Positions 9,277 to 22,070 of a stretch of DNA of 64,000 bases are shown here, in pieces; position 1 is the first letter of the stretch, and each line of letters begins with the position of its first letter. The stretch is from Diaphorobacter sp. (lineage in GTDB: Bacteria > Pseudomonadota > Gammaproteobacteria > Burkholderiales > Burkholderiaceae_C): the NCBI RefSeq assembly GCF_050176255.1, contig NZ_JBFXIE010000008.1; one strand, written 5' to 3'. Both the position numbers and the translations under genes were made by a program. A model generated the notes under the pieces. It ran no database searches, was not told the DNA's origin, and saw only the letters and a list, made by a program, of their open reading frames with translations.

Positions 9277-9768
9277 TCAGGTTGCTGCGACGCGCCGGCG
9301 GCGGTTGCCCAGGCGCTTGGCCAGCACCGCGCCAGCGGCCATGGTCAGCTGCAGCGCCACCGTCGGCTGGCGGTTGGATAGCTCGGCAAAGCGCAGTGCC
9401 GGCAGCGCCCACAGCTTGCTGTGCACACCGGCCTGCACCGTGGCGCTGCGGGGACGGTGGGAAAAAAACGCACCCTCGCCCAACACCGAGCCCGGTGCCA
9501 CCATCGCCATGCGCAGCCGCTGCTTTTCGTCCTCGTAGTGCACGGTCATGCTGCCGCTTTCCAGCAGGTACAGGGTGCGGTCCACCGTGCCTTGGGCAAA
9601 CAGCACCTGCCCGGCCGCCAAATTGACGGGCAGCAGGTAGGCAGACAGCAGATCCCACTGCTGCGGCGTGAGCAGGTTGTTCATGCTGTCGTCGGCGGTG
9701 GCCTGCGTGATGGCCTGGATCAACCCCGTCAGATCGGCCTGGGCGGAAGGATTGGGAATGGCATTCAT
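9277..9768 (-). CDS. Cyclic nucleotide-binding domain protein
   Basis: cNMP-binding beta-barrel pattern (LFAQGTVDRTLYLLESG...GEGAFF...RSATV). Start MNAIPN at 9768 chosen within ORF 9277..9819. Confidence 0.7.
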   Translation of the reverse strand: MNAIPNPSAQADLTGLIQAITQATADDSMNNLLTPQQWDLLSAYLLPVNLAAGQVLFAQGTVDRTLYLLESGSMTVHYEDEKQRLRMAMVAPGSVLGEGAFFSHRPRSATVQAGVHSKLWALPALRFAELSNRQPTVALQLTMAAGAVLAKRLGNRRRRVAAT

Positions 9769-9861
9769 GGCCTGCCAAGGTAACCCGCGCCCGGGTTGCG
9801 CACAAGCGTGCATTACCACTTCTTACACCTGACCTCCCTTTCGATGGGCGGCGGCCAGGCG

Positions 9862-11262
9862 TTACTTGCCGATGCAAAAGCTTGAAAAAATCACGCCCAG
9901 CAGGTCGTCTGCACCAAACTCGCCGGTGATGGTGTTGAGCGCGTTCTGCGCCAGGCGCAGCTCCTCAGCCAGCAGATCCAGCGCGGGGCCGTCGCTGCTC
10001 AGTTGCGCAGCAGCCTGTACCAGGTGTTCGTCCACGGCGCGCAGCGCCGCGATGTGGCGGGCGCGGGCGATGTAAACCCCCTCGGCAGCGGGTTGCCAGC
10101 CCGCCAGCGTCAGCAGCCGGCGGCGCAGCGCGTCCAGCCCTTCGCCGGTGCGTGCGGACAGGCGTAGCGCGTCGGGGGCAGCGAAGGGGCCCGATCCAAC
10201 GGCCGGCGAGGCGGCGTCAGCCTTGTTCCACACATCGAGCACGGGCACGCCCTGGGGCAGCTTGTGCGCCAAAGTGCGTGCGATGTCCGCGTCCGCGGCG
10301 ATGTAGTCGAAGGCATCGGCACGCGTCAGGTCGTGCAGAAACAGCACTGCGTCGGCCCCAGCGATCTCGTCCCAGGCGCGGGTGATGCCAATGCGCTCGA
10401 CCTCGTCGCAGCTGTCGCGCAGGCCGGCGGTGTCGATCACATGCAGCGGCACGCCCTCGATCTGGATGGTCTGCTGCACCTTGTCGCGCGTGGTGCCGGC
10501 AATGGGGGTGACGATGGCCAGCTCTGCGCCCGCCAGGGCGTTGAGCAGCGAGCTCTTGCCCGCGTTGGGCTGGCCCGCGATCACCACCTTGATGCCCTCG
10601 CGCAGCAGCGCGCCCTGGCTGGCCCGCTGCATCACGCGGGTCAGCGATTGCTGCAAGTTTGATAGCTGTCCGCGCGCGTCTGCCTTGCGCAGGAAGTCGA
10701 TTTCTTCCTCAGGAAAGTCCAGCGTGGCCTCCACCAGCATGCGCAGGTGCACCAGCGCGTCGCGCAGGCTGTGCACTTCCTGCGAGAACGCGCCCGACAG
10801 CGAGCGGCCGGCGCTGCGTGCGGCCGCGGCGGTAGAGGCGTCGATCAGGTCGGCAATGGCCTCGGCCTGGGCCAGGTCGATCTTGTCGTTGAGAAAGGCG
10901 CGCCGGGTGAACTCGCCGGGCTCTGCCAGGCGCAGGCGCGGCAGCACGCCCTGCGCCGCCTCCAGGCAGCGCGCCAGCAGCAGCTGCAGCACCACGGGGC
11001 CGCCGTGGGCTTGCAGCTCCAGCACGTCTTCGCCGGTGTAGCTGTGCGGCGCAGGAAAGAACAGCGCCAAGCCCTGGTCGATGGCCTGCCCGCTGGCATC
11101 GGGAAACGGCAGGTAGTGCGCGTGGCGCGCCTGCAGATCGCGCCCCAGCAGGCTGCGCACGAAGGGCGCCAGCCCCTGGCCCGAGATGCGCACGATGCCC
11201 ACGGCCCCGCGCCCGGGGGCGGTGGCGATGGCGGCGATCGGGTCATGGTGGGCAGTGTTCAT
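9862..11262 (-). CDS. mnmE: tRNA modification GTPase MnmE (TrmE)
   Basis: G1 [10 protein letters not shown]3 DTAGLR, C-terminal FCIGK. Confidence 0.95.
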   Translation of the reverse strand: MNTAHHDPIAAIATAPGRGAVGIVRISGQGLAPFVRSLLGRDLQARHAHYLPFPDASGQAIDQGLALFFPAPHSYTGEDVLELQAHGGPVVLQLLLARCLEAAQGVLPRLRLAEPGEFTRRAFLNDKIDLAQAEAIADLIDASTAAAARSAGRSLSGAFSQEVHSLRDALVHLRMLVEATLDFPEEEIDFLRKADARGQLSNLQQSLTRVMQRASQGALLREGIKVVIAGQPNAGKSSLLNALAGAELAIVTPIAGTTRDKVQQTIQIEGVPLHVIDTAGLRDSCDEVERIGITRAWDEIAGADAVLFLHDLTRADAFDYIAADADIARTLAHKLPQGVPVLDVWNKADAASPAVGSGPFAAPDALRLSARTGEGLDALRRRLLTLAGWQPAAEGVYIARARHIAALRAVDEHLVQAAAQLSSDGPALDLLAEELRLAQNALNTITGEFGADDLLGVIFSSFCIGK

Positions 11263-11282
11263 GGTGGGATGGCCGTGGTGGC

Positions 11283-11314
11283 AGAAAACACAACGGCCAC
11301 TTGCGTGGCCGTTG
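11283..11314 (-). terminator. Rho-independent terminator after yidC
   Basis: Minus strand reads CAACGGCCAC-GCAA-GTGGCCGTTG followed by TGTTTTCT. Confidence 0.7.
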
Positions 11315-11329
11315 CGGGGATGGGGCGCC

Positions 11330-13045
11330 TTACTTGAACTTGGGCAGATTGAACTGCGGCGGCACCCCCATGCGGGTGTTGATGATCCACTGCTGAGCGA
11401 TCGACAAAATGTTGTTCGTCAGCCAGTACAGCACCAGGCCGGCCGGGAAGAAGAAGAACATCACGCTGAACATCAGCGGCATGATCCACATCAGCTTGGC
11501 CTGCATCGGGTCGGGCGGCGCGGGGTTGAGGGCGGTCTGCAGCAGCGAGCTGGCCGTCATCAGCAGCGGCAGGATGAAGTACGGGTCGGGCGAGGACAGG
11601 TCGCGAATCCAGCCGATCCAGGGCGCGTTGCGCATCTCCACGCTCGACAGCAGCACCCAGTACAGCGCGATGAACACGGGGATCTGCACCATGATGGGCA
11701 GGCAGCCGCCCATGGGGTTGACCTTTTCTTCGCGGTAGATGCGCATCATCTCCTGCTGCATCTGCTGCGGCTTGTCCTTCAGGCGCTCGCGCAATTCCGT
11801 GATGCGCGGGTTGATGGCCTTCATCTTGGCCATGCTGGCGTAAGCCTTGGCGTTGAGCCAGTAGAACGCAAGCTTCAGCAAAAAGACCAGCGCCACGATG
11901 GACCAGCCCCAGTTGGCGATCACCTTGTGCAGTTGATCCAGCAGCCAGTACAGCGGCTTGGCCAGGATGGTGAGCCAACCGTAGTCCTTGACGAGTTCGA
12001 GGCCTGGGGCGAGTTTTTCCAGCTGCGTCTCGATCTGCGGGCCGGCAAACAGTTGTGCGTCCACGGCCTTGGACTGGCCGGGGGCGATCTCGCCCAGCGG
12101 CGTGATCATGCCCACCGAGTACAGGTTGGTGTCCACCTTGCGCATGAACAGGTCGCGCTGCGCGCCGTCGGCCAGCAGCCAGGCGCTGGCAAAGTAATGC
12201 TGCACCATGGCCACGTAGCCGTTGGTGGAGGTCTTTTCGATGTCGATCTTGCCTTTTTCGATGTCCGAGAACTCCACCTTCTGGTACTTCTTGGCGTCGG
12301 TATAGACCGCCGGGCCGGTGAAGGTGGAATAGAACATCGACTCGCCCGAGGGCTTGTTGCCGTCGCGCCCCAGCTGCAGGTACAGCTGGGGCGACAGTGG
12401 AGTCGTGCCGGTGTTGACCACCTCGTGGCGTGCGCTCAGGTCATAGGCGCCGCGCTTGAGCGTCCAGGTCTTGACCAGTTTCACGCCGCCCAGGTCGGGC
12501 GACTCGAAGCGCACCTGCAGGCTGTCCTCGCCGTCCTTGAGCTCACGCGGGCCGGGCAGCAAGCGCATGGCGGTCTTGTGTGTGGGGAAGGGGCCGCCGA
12601 TCAGGCCGGTCTGCGCCACATACACGCGGCTGACACTCTCGTCGAACAGCAGGAAGGGCTTGGACTTGTCCTCCATCTCGGGGTATTGCAGCAGCTCGCC
12701 GCGCACCAGAGAGCCGCCTTCGGTGTCGAAGACCAGGCGCAGCACATCGGTGGTTACCGTCACGCGCTCGCGGGCAACGGCGGCTGGCTGCGCAGGCACG
12801 CCCGTTGGCGGCTGGGGTGCCACACCCGGAACCCCCGCAACCGGCACGCCAGGCGCTGTGCTGACGGCTGTCGGCACACTGGACGCGCTCGCAGAAGGCG
12901 CCACGGCGGGGCTGCTGGCCGTCTGTGCGGGCGGCGTGGGGAAGAAGGTGGCCTGTTTGCCGTTGTGGATCTGCCACTTGTCCCATAGCAAAACTATGGA
13001 AAAGCCAAAAATCACCCACAGGATGGTGCGGCGGATGTCGTTCAT
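11330..13045 (-). CDS. yidC: Membrane protein insertase YidC
   Basis: 571 aa with large periplasmic P1 domain and conserved C-terminal 5-TM core. Conserved rnpA-yidD-yidC-mnmE order. Confidence 0.95.
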   Translation of the reverse strand: MNDIRRTILWVIFGFSIVLLWDKWQIHNGKQATFFPTPPAQTASSPAVAPSASASSVPTAVSTAPGVPVAGVPGVAPQPPTGVPAQPAAVARERVTVTTDVLRLVFDTEGGSLVRGELLQYPEMEDKSKPFLLFDESVSRVYVAQTGLIGGPFPTHKTAMRLLPGPRELKDGEDSLQVRFESPDLGGVKLVKTWTLKRGAYDLSARHEVVNTGTTPLSPQLYLQLGRDGNKPSGESMFYSTFTGPAVYTDAKKYQKVEFSDIEKGKIDIEKTSTNGYVAMVQHYFASAWLLADGAQRDLFMRKVDTNLYSVGMITPLGEIAPGQSKAVDAQLFAGPQIETQLEKLAPGLELVKDYGWLTILAKPLYWLLDQLHKVIANWGWSIVALVFLLKLAFYWLNAKAYASMAKMKAINPRITELRERLKDKPQQMQQEMMRIYREEKVNPMGGCLPIMVQIPVFIALYWVLLSSVEMRNAPWIGWIRDLSSPDPYFILPLLMTASSLLQTALNPAPPDPMQAKLMWIMPLMFSVMFFFFPAGLVLYWLTNNILSIAQQWIINTRMGVPPQFNLPKFK

Positions 13046-13338
13046 GAAGTCTTCTTAGAGGAGGAAGATGGAGGGTCGTCGGAAGGCACCAGCCGCGAGA
13101 AAAGGCGCATGCCTCGCGGCAGCTCTTGTGGCACGGGGTCGAGACCGCCGTCGCACCAGGGATGGCAACGCGCCAGGCGTCGTGCCGTCAAATAGCTGCC
13201 CGCCGCGGCGCCGTGCCGATCCAGCGCCTGCAGAGAGTACACCGAGCAGGTGGGCTCAAAACGACAGCTTGAGCCGAGCCAGGGGCTTAGCAGCAGCCGG
13301 TAGCCGCGCACCAGGCCCATGAGCAGTGTGCGCATCAT
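13042..13338 (-). CDS. yidD: Membrane protein insertion efficiency factor YidD
   Basis: CRFEPTCSVY...CHPW motif; 4-nt overlaps with both neighbours. Confidence 0.85.
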   Translation of the reverse strand: MMRTLLMGLVRGYRLLLSPWLGSSCRFEPTCSVYSLQALDRHGAAAGSYLTARRLARCHPWCDGGLDPVPQELPRGMRLFSRLVPSDDPPSSSSKKTS

Positions 13339-13847
13339 GGCGTGGCACCTCGTGGCGTGCGGGCTGCAGGACTGGCCGGGGGGCTGCGTCGTTCGGCAGC
13401 GGAAAAAAGCTGCTCCAGCTCGGCGCGCACGGCCTGTTTGAGAGCCTCGGAGGTGGCGCTCACGAAGTGCTTGCGGTCAAAGCTGGCACGCAGCCGCACC
13501 ACGTGCGCCGCGTGCGGCATCCGTGGCTCGAAGCGGCTGGCCACGGCGTAGATCTGGCGTTTGATGGTGTTGCGCGTGACGGCGCGGCGCGCCCAGCGCT
13601 TGGGCACCATGGCGCCCAGCCAGACATCAGTGCAGCCCTGCGCCACGGCAAACAGGGCAAGCGGCGTATCCGCCTGGGGCTGCAAGCCAGGCCCTGGCGG
13701 TGGGGGCAATGTGGACGCATCACCAGAGGGCAAGCCCAACCGGTGCAATGCGAAATGTGCCGTGCGGGAGACAGTGCCCCCGGCCATGGCGGCCTGGAAC
13801 TGAGAGCGGGTTTTCAGCCGATGCATGCAGACAGCTACCCGGTGCAA
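13335..13847 (-). CDS. rnpA: Ribonuclease P protein component
   Basis: Basic protein with LKTRSQFQAAM...HFALH N-terminus, located downstream of rpmH. The true start may be the second Met (13826). Confidence 0.85.
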   Translation of the reverse strand: MHRVAVCMHRLKTRSQFQAAMAGGTVSRTAHFALHRLGLPSGDASTLPPPPGPGLQPQADTPLALFAVAQGCTDVWLGAMVPKRWARRAVTRNTIKRQIYAVASRFEPRMPHAAHVVRLRASFDRKHFVSATSEALKQAVRAELEQLFSAAERRSPPASPAARTPRGATP

Positions 13848-13898
13848 ACGCTGGCGGCGCAGACCCTGTTCGGTGGCCGGGCGCCGAGCTGCACGGCC

Positions 13899-14033
13899 TT
13901 AGACGGCCAGGCGCTTGCGGCCCTTGGCGCGGCGGGCCTTGATCACGGCGCGGCCGCCGCGCGTCTTCATGCGCACCAGAAAACCGTGGGTGCGGGCGCG
14001 GCGGGTCTTGGAGGGCTGGTAAGTACGTTTCAT
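13899..14033 (-). CDS. rpmH: 50S ribosomal protein L34
   Basis: Hand translation gives [44 protein letters not shown] (44 aa). Below the ORF-track size cutoff. Confidence 0.93.
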   Translation of the reverse strand: MKRTYQPSKTRRARTHGFLVRMKTRGGRAVIKARRAKGRKRLAV

Positions 14034-14256
14034 GTTCTCGATCCTTGAAGGGTTCAGTTACAGGCACAGCTTCGATCGGCAGCGCCCGCCAGGTCGGCCA
14101 CCCGCAGCGCTGCATGCGCTGGGTCAATAAAGTAAGCGGCCGCCCGGGTTAGATCACCCTGAACGCATTCAGGGAAAGCCCGCGATTATTACAGGCTTGG
14201 CCCGCGCTGGCAATGACCCTGGCGTGCAAATGTCGTCGAGGAGTGCCGCGGCCGTT

Positions 14257-14315
14257 TGTGGATAACTCCTTGACAAGCTAGAATCCGCGGCCTCGCACTG
14301 TTCCTCCTATCCACA
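14257..14315. promoter_or_regulatory. Two inverted DnaA boxes in the rpmH-dnaA intergenic region (dnaA autoregulation and/or part of oriC)
   Basis: TGTGGATAA (perfect complement of TTATCCACA) near 14257-14265 and CTATCCACA (one mismatch) near 14307-14315. Possible promoter: TTGTGG, 17 nt spacer, TAGAAT, overlapping box 1. Confidence 0.6.
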
Positions 14316-14331
14316 ACTAGAACCATCCGCA

Positions 14332-15753
14332 ATGCACGAGGGACTCCCTTCTTTCAGCCACGAGGCTGACAACGCCAACGCCGGCCAGGGCTTATGGCGG
14401 GCCTGCGCCGAGCAACTGGCTCAGGATCTCCCTGAGCAGCAATTCAACACCTGGATCAAGCCCCTGGCGGCGCAGGTCGCGCCCGATTTTTCCAAGGTCA
14501 CTCTGTTGGTGGCCAACCGCTTCAAACTCGACTGGATTCGCACCCAGTATGCCGGGCGCATCTCGGCGTTGCTAGAGGCTCTTTATGGCCAGCCGGTCGC
14601 GCTCGAGTTAGCGCTCGCTCAGAGGGAATCGGTTGTCAGGACTTACGTTCGTCCCCAGCCGGCAAGCGCCCAGCCGCCTGCCGAAGCCGCTTCGCCAGCC
14701 GCCGCGGTCGAAGCTGTGCCAGCGGGCGCTTTTCGCACGCGGCTCAACCCTGCCCTGACGTTCGAGACGCTGGTGGAGGGCACGGCGAATCGCATGGCAC
14801 GCTCGGCCGCAATGCATGTGGCAGGCTCGCCCGGCCACCTGTACAACCCGCTTTTCATCTATGGGGGCGTGGGTCTGGGCAAGACCCACCTGGTGCATGC
14901 GGTGGGCAACAAGCTGCTGCAAGACCGCCCTGACGCCAAGGTTCTCTACATCCACGCCGAGCAGTTCGTCTCGGATGTGGTCAAGTCCTATCAGCGGCGC
15001 ACCTTTGACGATTTCAAGGAGCGCTATCACTCGCTCGATCTGCTGCTGATCGACGATGTGCAGTTCTTCGCCAACAAGGATCGCACGCAAGAGGAGTTCT
15101 TCAACGCCTTCGAGGCGCTGCTGGCCAAAAAAAGCCACATCGTGATGACGTCGGACACCTACCCCAAGGGTCTGGCCAACATCCACGAGCGGCTGGTGTC
15201 GCGCTTCGACTCGGGCCTGACGGTGGCGATCGAGCCGCCCGAGTTGGAGATGCGCGTGGCCATCCTGATCAACAAGGCGCGCGCCGAGGGCTCGGAGATG
15301 CCCGAAGAAGTGGCTTTCTTCGTCGCCAAGAACGTGCGCTCCAACGTGCGCGAGCTGGAGGGCGCGCTGCGCAAAATTCTGGCCTACAGCCGCTTCAACC
15401 AGAAGGAAGTCTCCATCCAGCTGGCGCGCGAGGCGCTGCGTGACCTGCTCAGCATCCAGAACCGGCAGATCAGCGTGGAAAACATCCAGAAAACCGTGGC
15501 TGACTTCTACAAGATCAAGGTCGCGGACATGTACAGCAAGAAGCGCCCGGCCAGCATTGCCCGCCCGCGCCAGATTGCCATGTACCTGGCCAAGGAGCTG
15601 ACGCAAAAGAGCCTGCCCGAGATCGGCGAGCTGTTTGGCGGGCGCGACCACACCACGGTGCTGCACGCGGTGCGCAAGATCGGCGCCGAGCGCCAGACCA
15701 ACACCGAGCTGAACCAGCAACTGCATGTGCTGGAGCAGACGCTCAAGGGGTGA
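14332..15753 (+). CDS. dnaA: Chromosomal replication initiator protein DnaA
   Basis: AAA+ Walker [11 protein letters not shown], Walker [11 protein letters not shown]-terminal DNA-binding helix DHTTVLHA. Confidence 0.97.
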   Translation: MHEGLPSFSHEADNANAGQGLWRACAEQLAQDLPEQQFNTWIKPLAAQVAPDFSKVTLLVANRFKLDWIRTQYAGRISALLEALYGQPVALELALAQRESVVRTYVRPQPASAQPPAEAASPAAAVEAVPAGAFRTRLNPALTFETLVEGTANRMARSAAMHVAGSPGHLYNPLFIYGGVGLGKTHLVHAVGNKLLQDRPDAKVLYIHAEQFVSDVVKSYQRRTFDDFKERYHSLDLLLIDDVQFFANKDRTQEEFFNAFEALLAKKSHIVMTSDTYPKGLANIHERLVSRFDSGLTVAIEPPELEMRVAILINKARAEGSEMPEEVAFFVAKNVRSNVRELEGALRKILAYSRFNQKEVSIQLAREALRDLLSIQNRQISVENIQKTVADFYKIKVADMYSKKRPASIARPRQIAMYLAKELTQKSLPEIGELFGGRDHTTVLHAVRKIGAERQTNTELNQQLHVLEQTLKG

Positions 15754-15916
15754 TGGCCCGGTGAAGCTTTCATGAGTCACGCGTGGACCGAAAACCCCGC
15801 CGCCGCGCTGAAGCCCGCCCGTTCACGGGCAAAATGGCGCGTTGGACGGCCCGGGAGGGGGCATTGCCCGTGCCGCCGTCTGCGCACCCACACCACAATC
15901 ACCAAAGGTTGACGAC

Positions 15917-17023
15917 ATGATTGTCCTGAAGGCAACACAAGACAAGGTACTCGCCATTCTGCAATCCGTGTCCGGCATCGTCGAGCGCCGGCATACCCTG
16001 CCCATTTTGGCCAATGTTCTGATCCGCAAGACAGGCAATGCGCTGCAGCTGACCACCAGCGACCTGGAGATCCAGATCCGCACCACGGCCGAGCTGGGCG
16101 GCGACACGGGCGACTTCACCACCACGGTGGGCGCGCGCAAGCTCATCGACATCCTCAAGACCATGCCCGCCGACCAGACGGTGAGCCTGGAGTCCAGCCA
16201 GGCCAGGCTGATCCTCAAGGGTGGCAAGAGCCGCTTCACGCTGCAAACTCTGCCGGCTGAGGACTTTCCGCTGGTGCAAGAGGCTGCCAGCTTCGGCCCC
16301 TCCTTCAGCGTGCCGCAAAAGGTGCTCAAGGGCCTGATGGGCCAGGTGAGCTTTGCCATGGCGGTGCAGGACATCCGCTACTACCTCAACGGCATTTTGT
16401 TCGTGGCCGAGGGCAAGCAGCTGTCGCTGGTGGCCACCGACGGCCACCGCCTGGCGTTCACCAGCGCCACGCTGGATGTGGAAGTGCCCAAGCAGGAGGT
16501 GATCCTGCCGCGCAAGACCGTGCTGGAGCTGCAGCGCCTGCTGTCCGATGCCGACGGCGCCATCGAGATGCAGTTTGCCAACAACCAGGCCAGGTTCAGC
16601 TTTGGCGGCATGGAGTTCGTCACCAAGCTGGTGGAGGGCAAGTTCCCCGACTACAACCGCGTCATTCCGCGCAACCACCACAACAGCGTCACCCTGGGCC
16701 GCGCGCCGCTGCTGGCCAGCCTGCAGCGCACGGCCATCATGACCAGCGACAAGTTCAAGGGCGTGCGCCTGAACATCGAGCCCGGCACCCTGCGCGTGGC
16801 CAGCAACAACGCCGAGCAGGAAGAAGCCATGGACGAGCTGGACATCGACTACGGCGGCGACGCCATCGAGATCGGCTTCAACGTCACCTACCTCATCGAC
16901 GCGCTGGCCAACATGGGCCAGGACATGGTCAAGATCGACCTGGCCGACGGCAACAGCTCTGCGCTGCTGACCATTCCCGACAACGAATACTTCAAGTATG
17001 TCGTGATGCCCATGCGCATCTAA
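15917..17023 (+). CDS. dnaN: DNA polymerase III beta sliding clamp
   Basis: MIVLKATQDKVLAILQSVSGIVERRHTLPIL... ending VVMPMRI. Start at 15917 within ORF 15842..17023. Confidence 0.95.
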   Translation: MIVLKATQDKVLAILQSVSGIVERRHTLPILANVLIRKTGNALQLTTSDLEIQIRTTAELGGDTGDFTTTVGARKLIDILKTMPADQTVSLESSQARLILKGGKSRFTLQTLPAEDFPLVQEAASFGPSFSVPQKVLKGLMGQVSFAMAVQDIRYYLNGILFVAEGKQLSLVATDGHRLAFTSATLDVEVPKQEVILPRKTVLELQRLLSDADGAIEMQFANNQARFSFGGMEFVTKLVEGKFPDYNRVIPRNHHNSVTLGRAPLLASLQRTAIMTSDKFKGVRLNIEPGTLRVASNNAEQEEAMDELDIDYGGDAIEIGFNVTYLIDALANMGQDMVKIDLADGNSSALLTIPDNEYFKYVVMPMRI

Positions 17024-17030
17024 ATACTAT

Positions 17031-19769
<2,739 letters not shown>

Positions 19770-19782
19770 GCTTGCCCGGGCC

Positions 19783-21279
19783 ATGCCCACCCTCAGCCAG
19801 CAGCGCACGCACAAATACATTGCCGCCCGCCAGCAGCACCCCGCCTGGGTTTTGCTGGCATCGCGTCGGGCGCCGCTGGTGCTCAGTTGCCTGGATGCGC
19901 TCTTCGAGCACCAGCGCGACGGTGTGCCCTTTGATGCAGCCGTGCAGGCGCTGGCCGAGATGCTGGCGGCGCATGCCAACGAGGTGGAGTTTGAAATCGA
20001 CAGCGCCGACACCCTGAGCCAGGCGCGGCGTGATGTGCGCGAGTGGATACGCCGCGGCCTGGTGGTCGAGCGCGAAGGCCGCGTGTTCGAGACCGACGCC
20101 CTCAAGACGGCGCTGCGCTTCATCGCCCAGCTGGACGGTCGCATGATGACCTCCACCGCCTCGCGCCTGGCGGTGGTGCAGCGCGAGATCGACAACCTGG
20201 CCGCCGCGCTCGACCCCGACCCCCAAAGCCGCGCCGAGCATCTGCAGCGCCGCATCGCAGACCTGCAGCAGCAGCTGGCGGACGTGCAGGCCGGCCGCAT
20301 CACGGCGCTGACGCCGGAGCAGGCGGTCGAGGGCATTCGCGAGGTGTATGCGCTGTCGGTCAGCCTGCGGGCGGACTTTCGCCGGGTGGAGGATTCGTGG
20401 CGCGAAGCCGACCGCGCGCTGCGCAGCGCCATCATCAGCGCGCGCCACCACCGCGGCGCGGTGATGGACCAGCTGCTCGACGGCCATGCCCGGCTGCTCA
20501 ACACGCAAGAGGGCCGCGTGTTTGACAGCTTTCACCAGCAGCTGTCCAACCAGACCGAGCTGACCGAGATGCGCCAGCGCATCCGCCAGATTCTTGCCCA
20601 CCCCGCCGCCAAAAATGCCCTGGACGGTCTGCAGAGCAGCACGCTGAACCTGCTGGTGCAGCAGCTCATCAAAGAGGCCAAGGTGGTGCAGGGCGTGCGC
20701 GCGCGCAGCGAGCGCGAGGTCAGCCAGTTCATGAAAACCGGCCAGGCGGCCGAGAACCAGCGCGTGGGCCAGTTGCTCAACGAGGTGCTGGAGCAGGCCC
20801 TGCGCATCGACTGGCAGCAGCGCGCCGTGCGCCGCCAGAGCGCGCCGCTGCCGCCGCTGGGCGTGGCGCTGGGCAGCGTGCCGCTGGTGGAGCGCCTGCG
20901 CGTCAAGTCGCTGGACGGCGGCGAGCAGGTCGCGCTGCTGCTGACCACCGAATACGCCGACCTGGGCCAGATGGAGGGCGAGTTCTGGCAGGCTTTTGAA
21001 GGACTGGACCGCGAGGCCCTGGTGCAGCGCACCTTGCAAACGCTGGTGGACCGGGGCCAGCCCATGACCTTGGCGGAACTGGCTGCCGCGCTGCCGCCGG
21101 GCGAGCACGACCTGGAAACCTTTGCGCTGTGGCTGGCCATGGCGCGCGAGGCGGGTGTGCCGCTGCAGCCCGGCGACGAGCAGATCGACACACAGGACGG
21201 CTCGCAGCGCTGGCGCTTCACCGTGCCGCGCGTGGCGCTGGACGGCGCGCAGCTGGCGCAGATGGACTGGGAGCTTTGA
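19783..21279 (+). CDS. jetA: Wadjet system protein JetA (DUF3375, kleisin-like)
   Basis: 498-aa alpha-helical protein, first of four overlapping genes whose sizes and order match type I Wadjet. Family assignment rests on resemblance and context, not on a search. Confidence 0.7.
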   Translation: MPTLSQQRTHKYIAARQQHPAWVLLASRRAPLVLSCLDALFEHQRDGVPFDAAVQALAEMLAAHANEVEFEIDSADTLSQARRDVREWIRRGLVVEREGRVFETDALKTALRFIAQLDGRMMTSTASRLAVVQREIDNLAAALDPDPQSRAEHLQRRIADLQQQLADVQAGRITALTPEQAVEGIREVYALSVSLRADFRRVEDSWREADRALRSAIISARHHRGAVMDQLLDGHARLLNTQEGRVFDSFHQQLSNQTELTEMRQRIRQILAHPAAKNALDGLQSSTLNLLVQQLIKEAKVVQGVRARSEREVSQFMKTGQAAENQRVGQLLNEVLEQALRIDWQQRAVRRQSAPLPPLGVALGSVPLVERLRVKSLDGGEQVALLLTTEYADLGQMEGEFWQAFEGLDREALVQRTLQTLVDRGQPMTLAELAAALPPGEHDLETFALWLAMAREAGVPLQPGDEQIDTQDGSQRWRFTVPRVALDGAQLAQMDWEL

Positions 21280-22070
21280 TGGCGCACCAACCCGATATCT
21301 TTGACCGCATGGCCGCGCAGACACCGGTGCCGCAGGCTGCCGATGTGCTACAAAAAGAGGAGCTGGAGGCGCCTGATGATCAAGGGCTGGTGGGCAAAAA
21401 TGCTTTGACTGATGATTACGGCAGCGCACCCAGAACACCGCCGGCCCTGCGCCGGGCGCTGCAGCATGTGCTGGCGCATGGCTGGCTGGAGTCGGCCGCC
21501 AAGCCGCAGTGGTTTCGCCTGATTGCGGCGCACACGGCGCAGCTGGATGCGCTGCTCGAGCCGCTGGACTTGCGCATGGTGGTGGACGACGTGCGCGGCC
21601 TGGCCTTTCTGGCCGTGGTGCCTGACTTTGATGATGACGCCGCCGACGAAAGCGAGCAGGACGACTGGACGCACCCCCTGATGCGCCGCCAGCGCCTGAC
21701 GCTGGAGCAATCGTTGCTGCTGGCCATCTTGCGGCGCGAGTTTTTGCAGCGCGAGCAGGAAAGCGGTACCGGCGCGCCGGTGCGCATCCCCGTGGACAGC
21801 CTGCTGCCGCAACTGGAGACCTACCTGGGCAGCACCGGCAGCGACATGCAAGAGCGCAAGCGCCTGATCCAGCTGCTGGAGAACCTGCGCATGCACGGCA
21901 TGGTGTCCGACGTGGATGCGCAGGACTGCATCACCATCCGCCCCATGATCGTGCACCTGCTCAACCCCGAGAACCTGCAGGCGCTGCTGCTGCGTCTGCG
22001 CGAGGTGGCGCAAGCCGGCGCAAAAAGCGCTCAAGACAACGCCACGCATGACGCGGGAGGCCCGCCATGA
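21279..22070 (+). CDS. jetB: Wadjet system protein JetB (DUF4194, MksE-like)
   Basis: 263-aa acidic protein. ATG overlaps the jetA stop (TGATG). Start MAHQPDIF lies within ORF 21129..22070. Confidence 0.65.
   Translation: MAHQPDIFDRMAAQTPVPQAADVLQKEELEAPDDQGLVGKNALTDDYGSAPRTPPALRRALQHVLAHGWLESAAKPQWFRLIAAHTAQLDALLEPLDLRMVVDDVRGLAFLAVVPDFDDDAADESEQDDWTHPLMRRQRLTLEQSLLLAILRREFLQREQESGTGAPVRIPVDSLLPQLETYLGSTGSDMQERKRLIQLLENLRMHGMVSDVDAQDCITIRPMIVHLLNPENLQALLLRLREVAQAGAKSAQDNATHDAGGPP

Noticed and set aside
14270-14284. TTGACA hexamer followed 3 nt later by TAGAAT, considered as a dnaA promoter.
   Set aside because: The spacing is far too short for a sigma-70 -35/-10 pair. TTGTGG, 17 nt spacer, TAGAAT is the more plausible arrangement, and even that is unverified.
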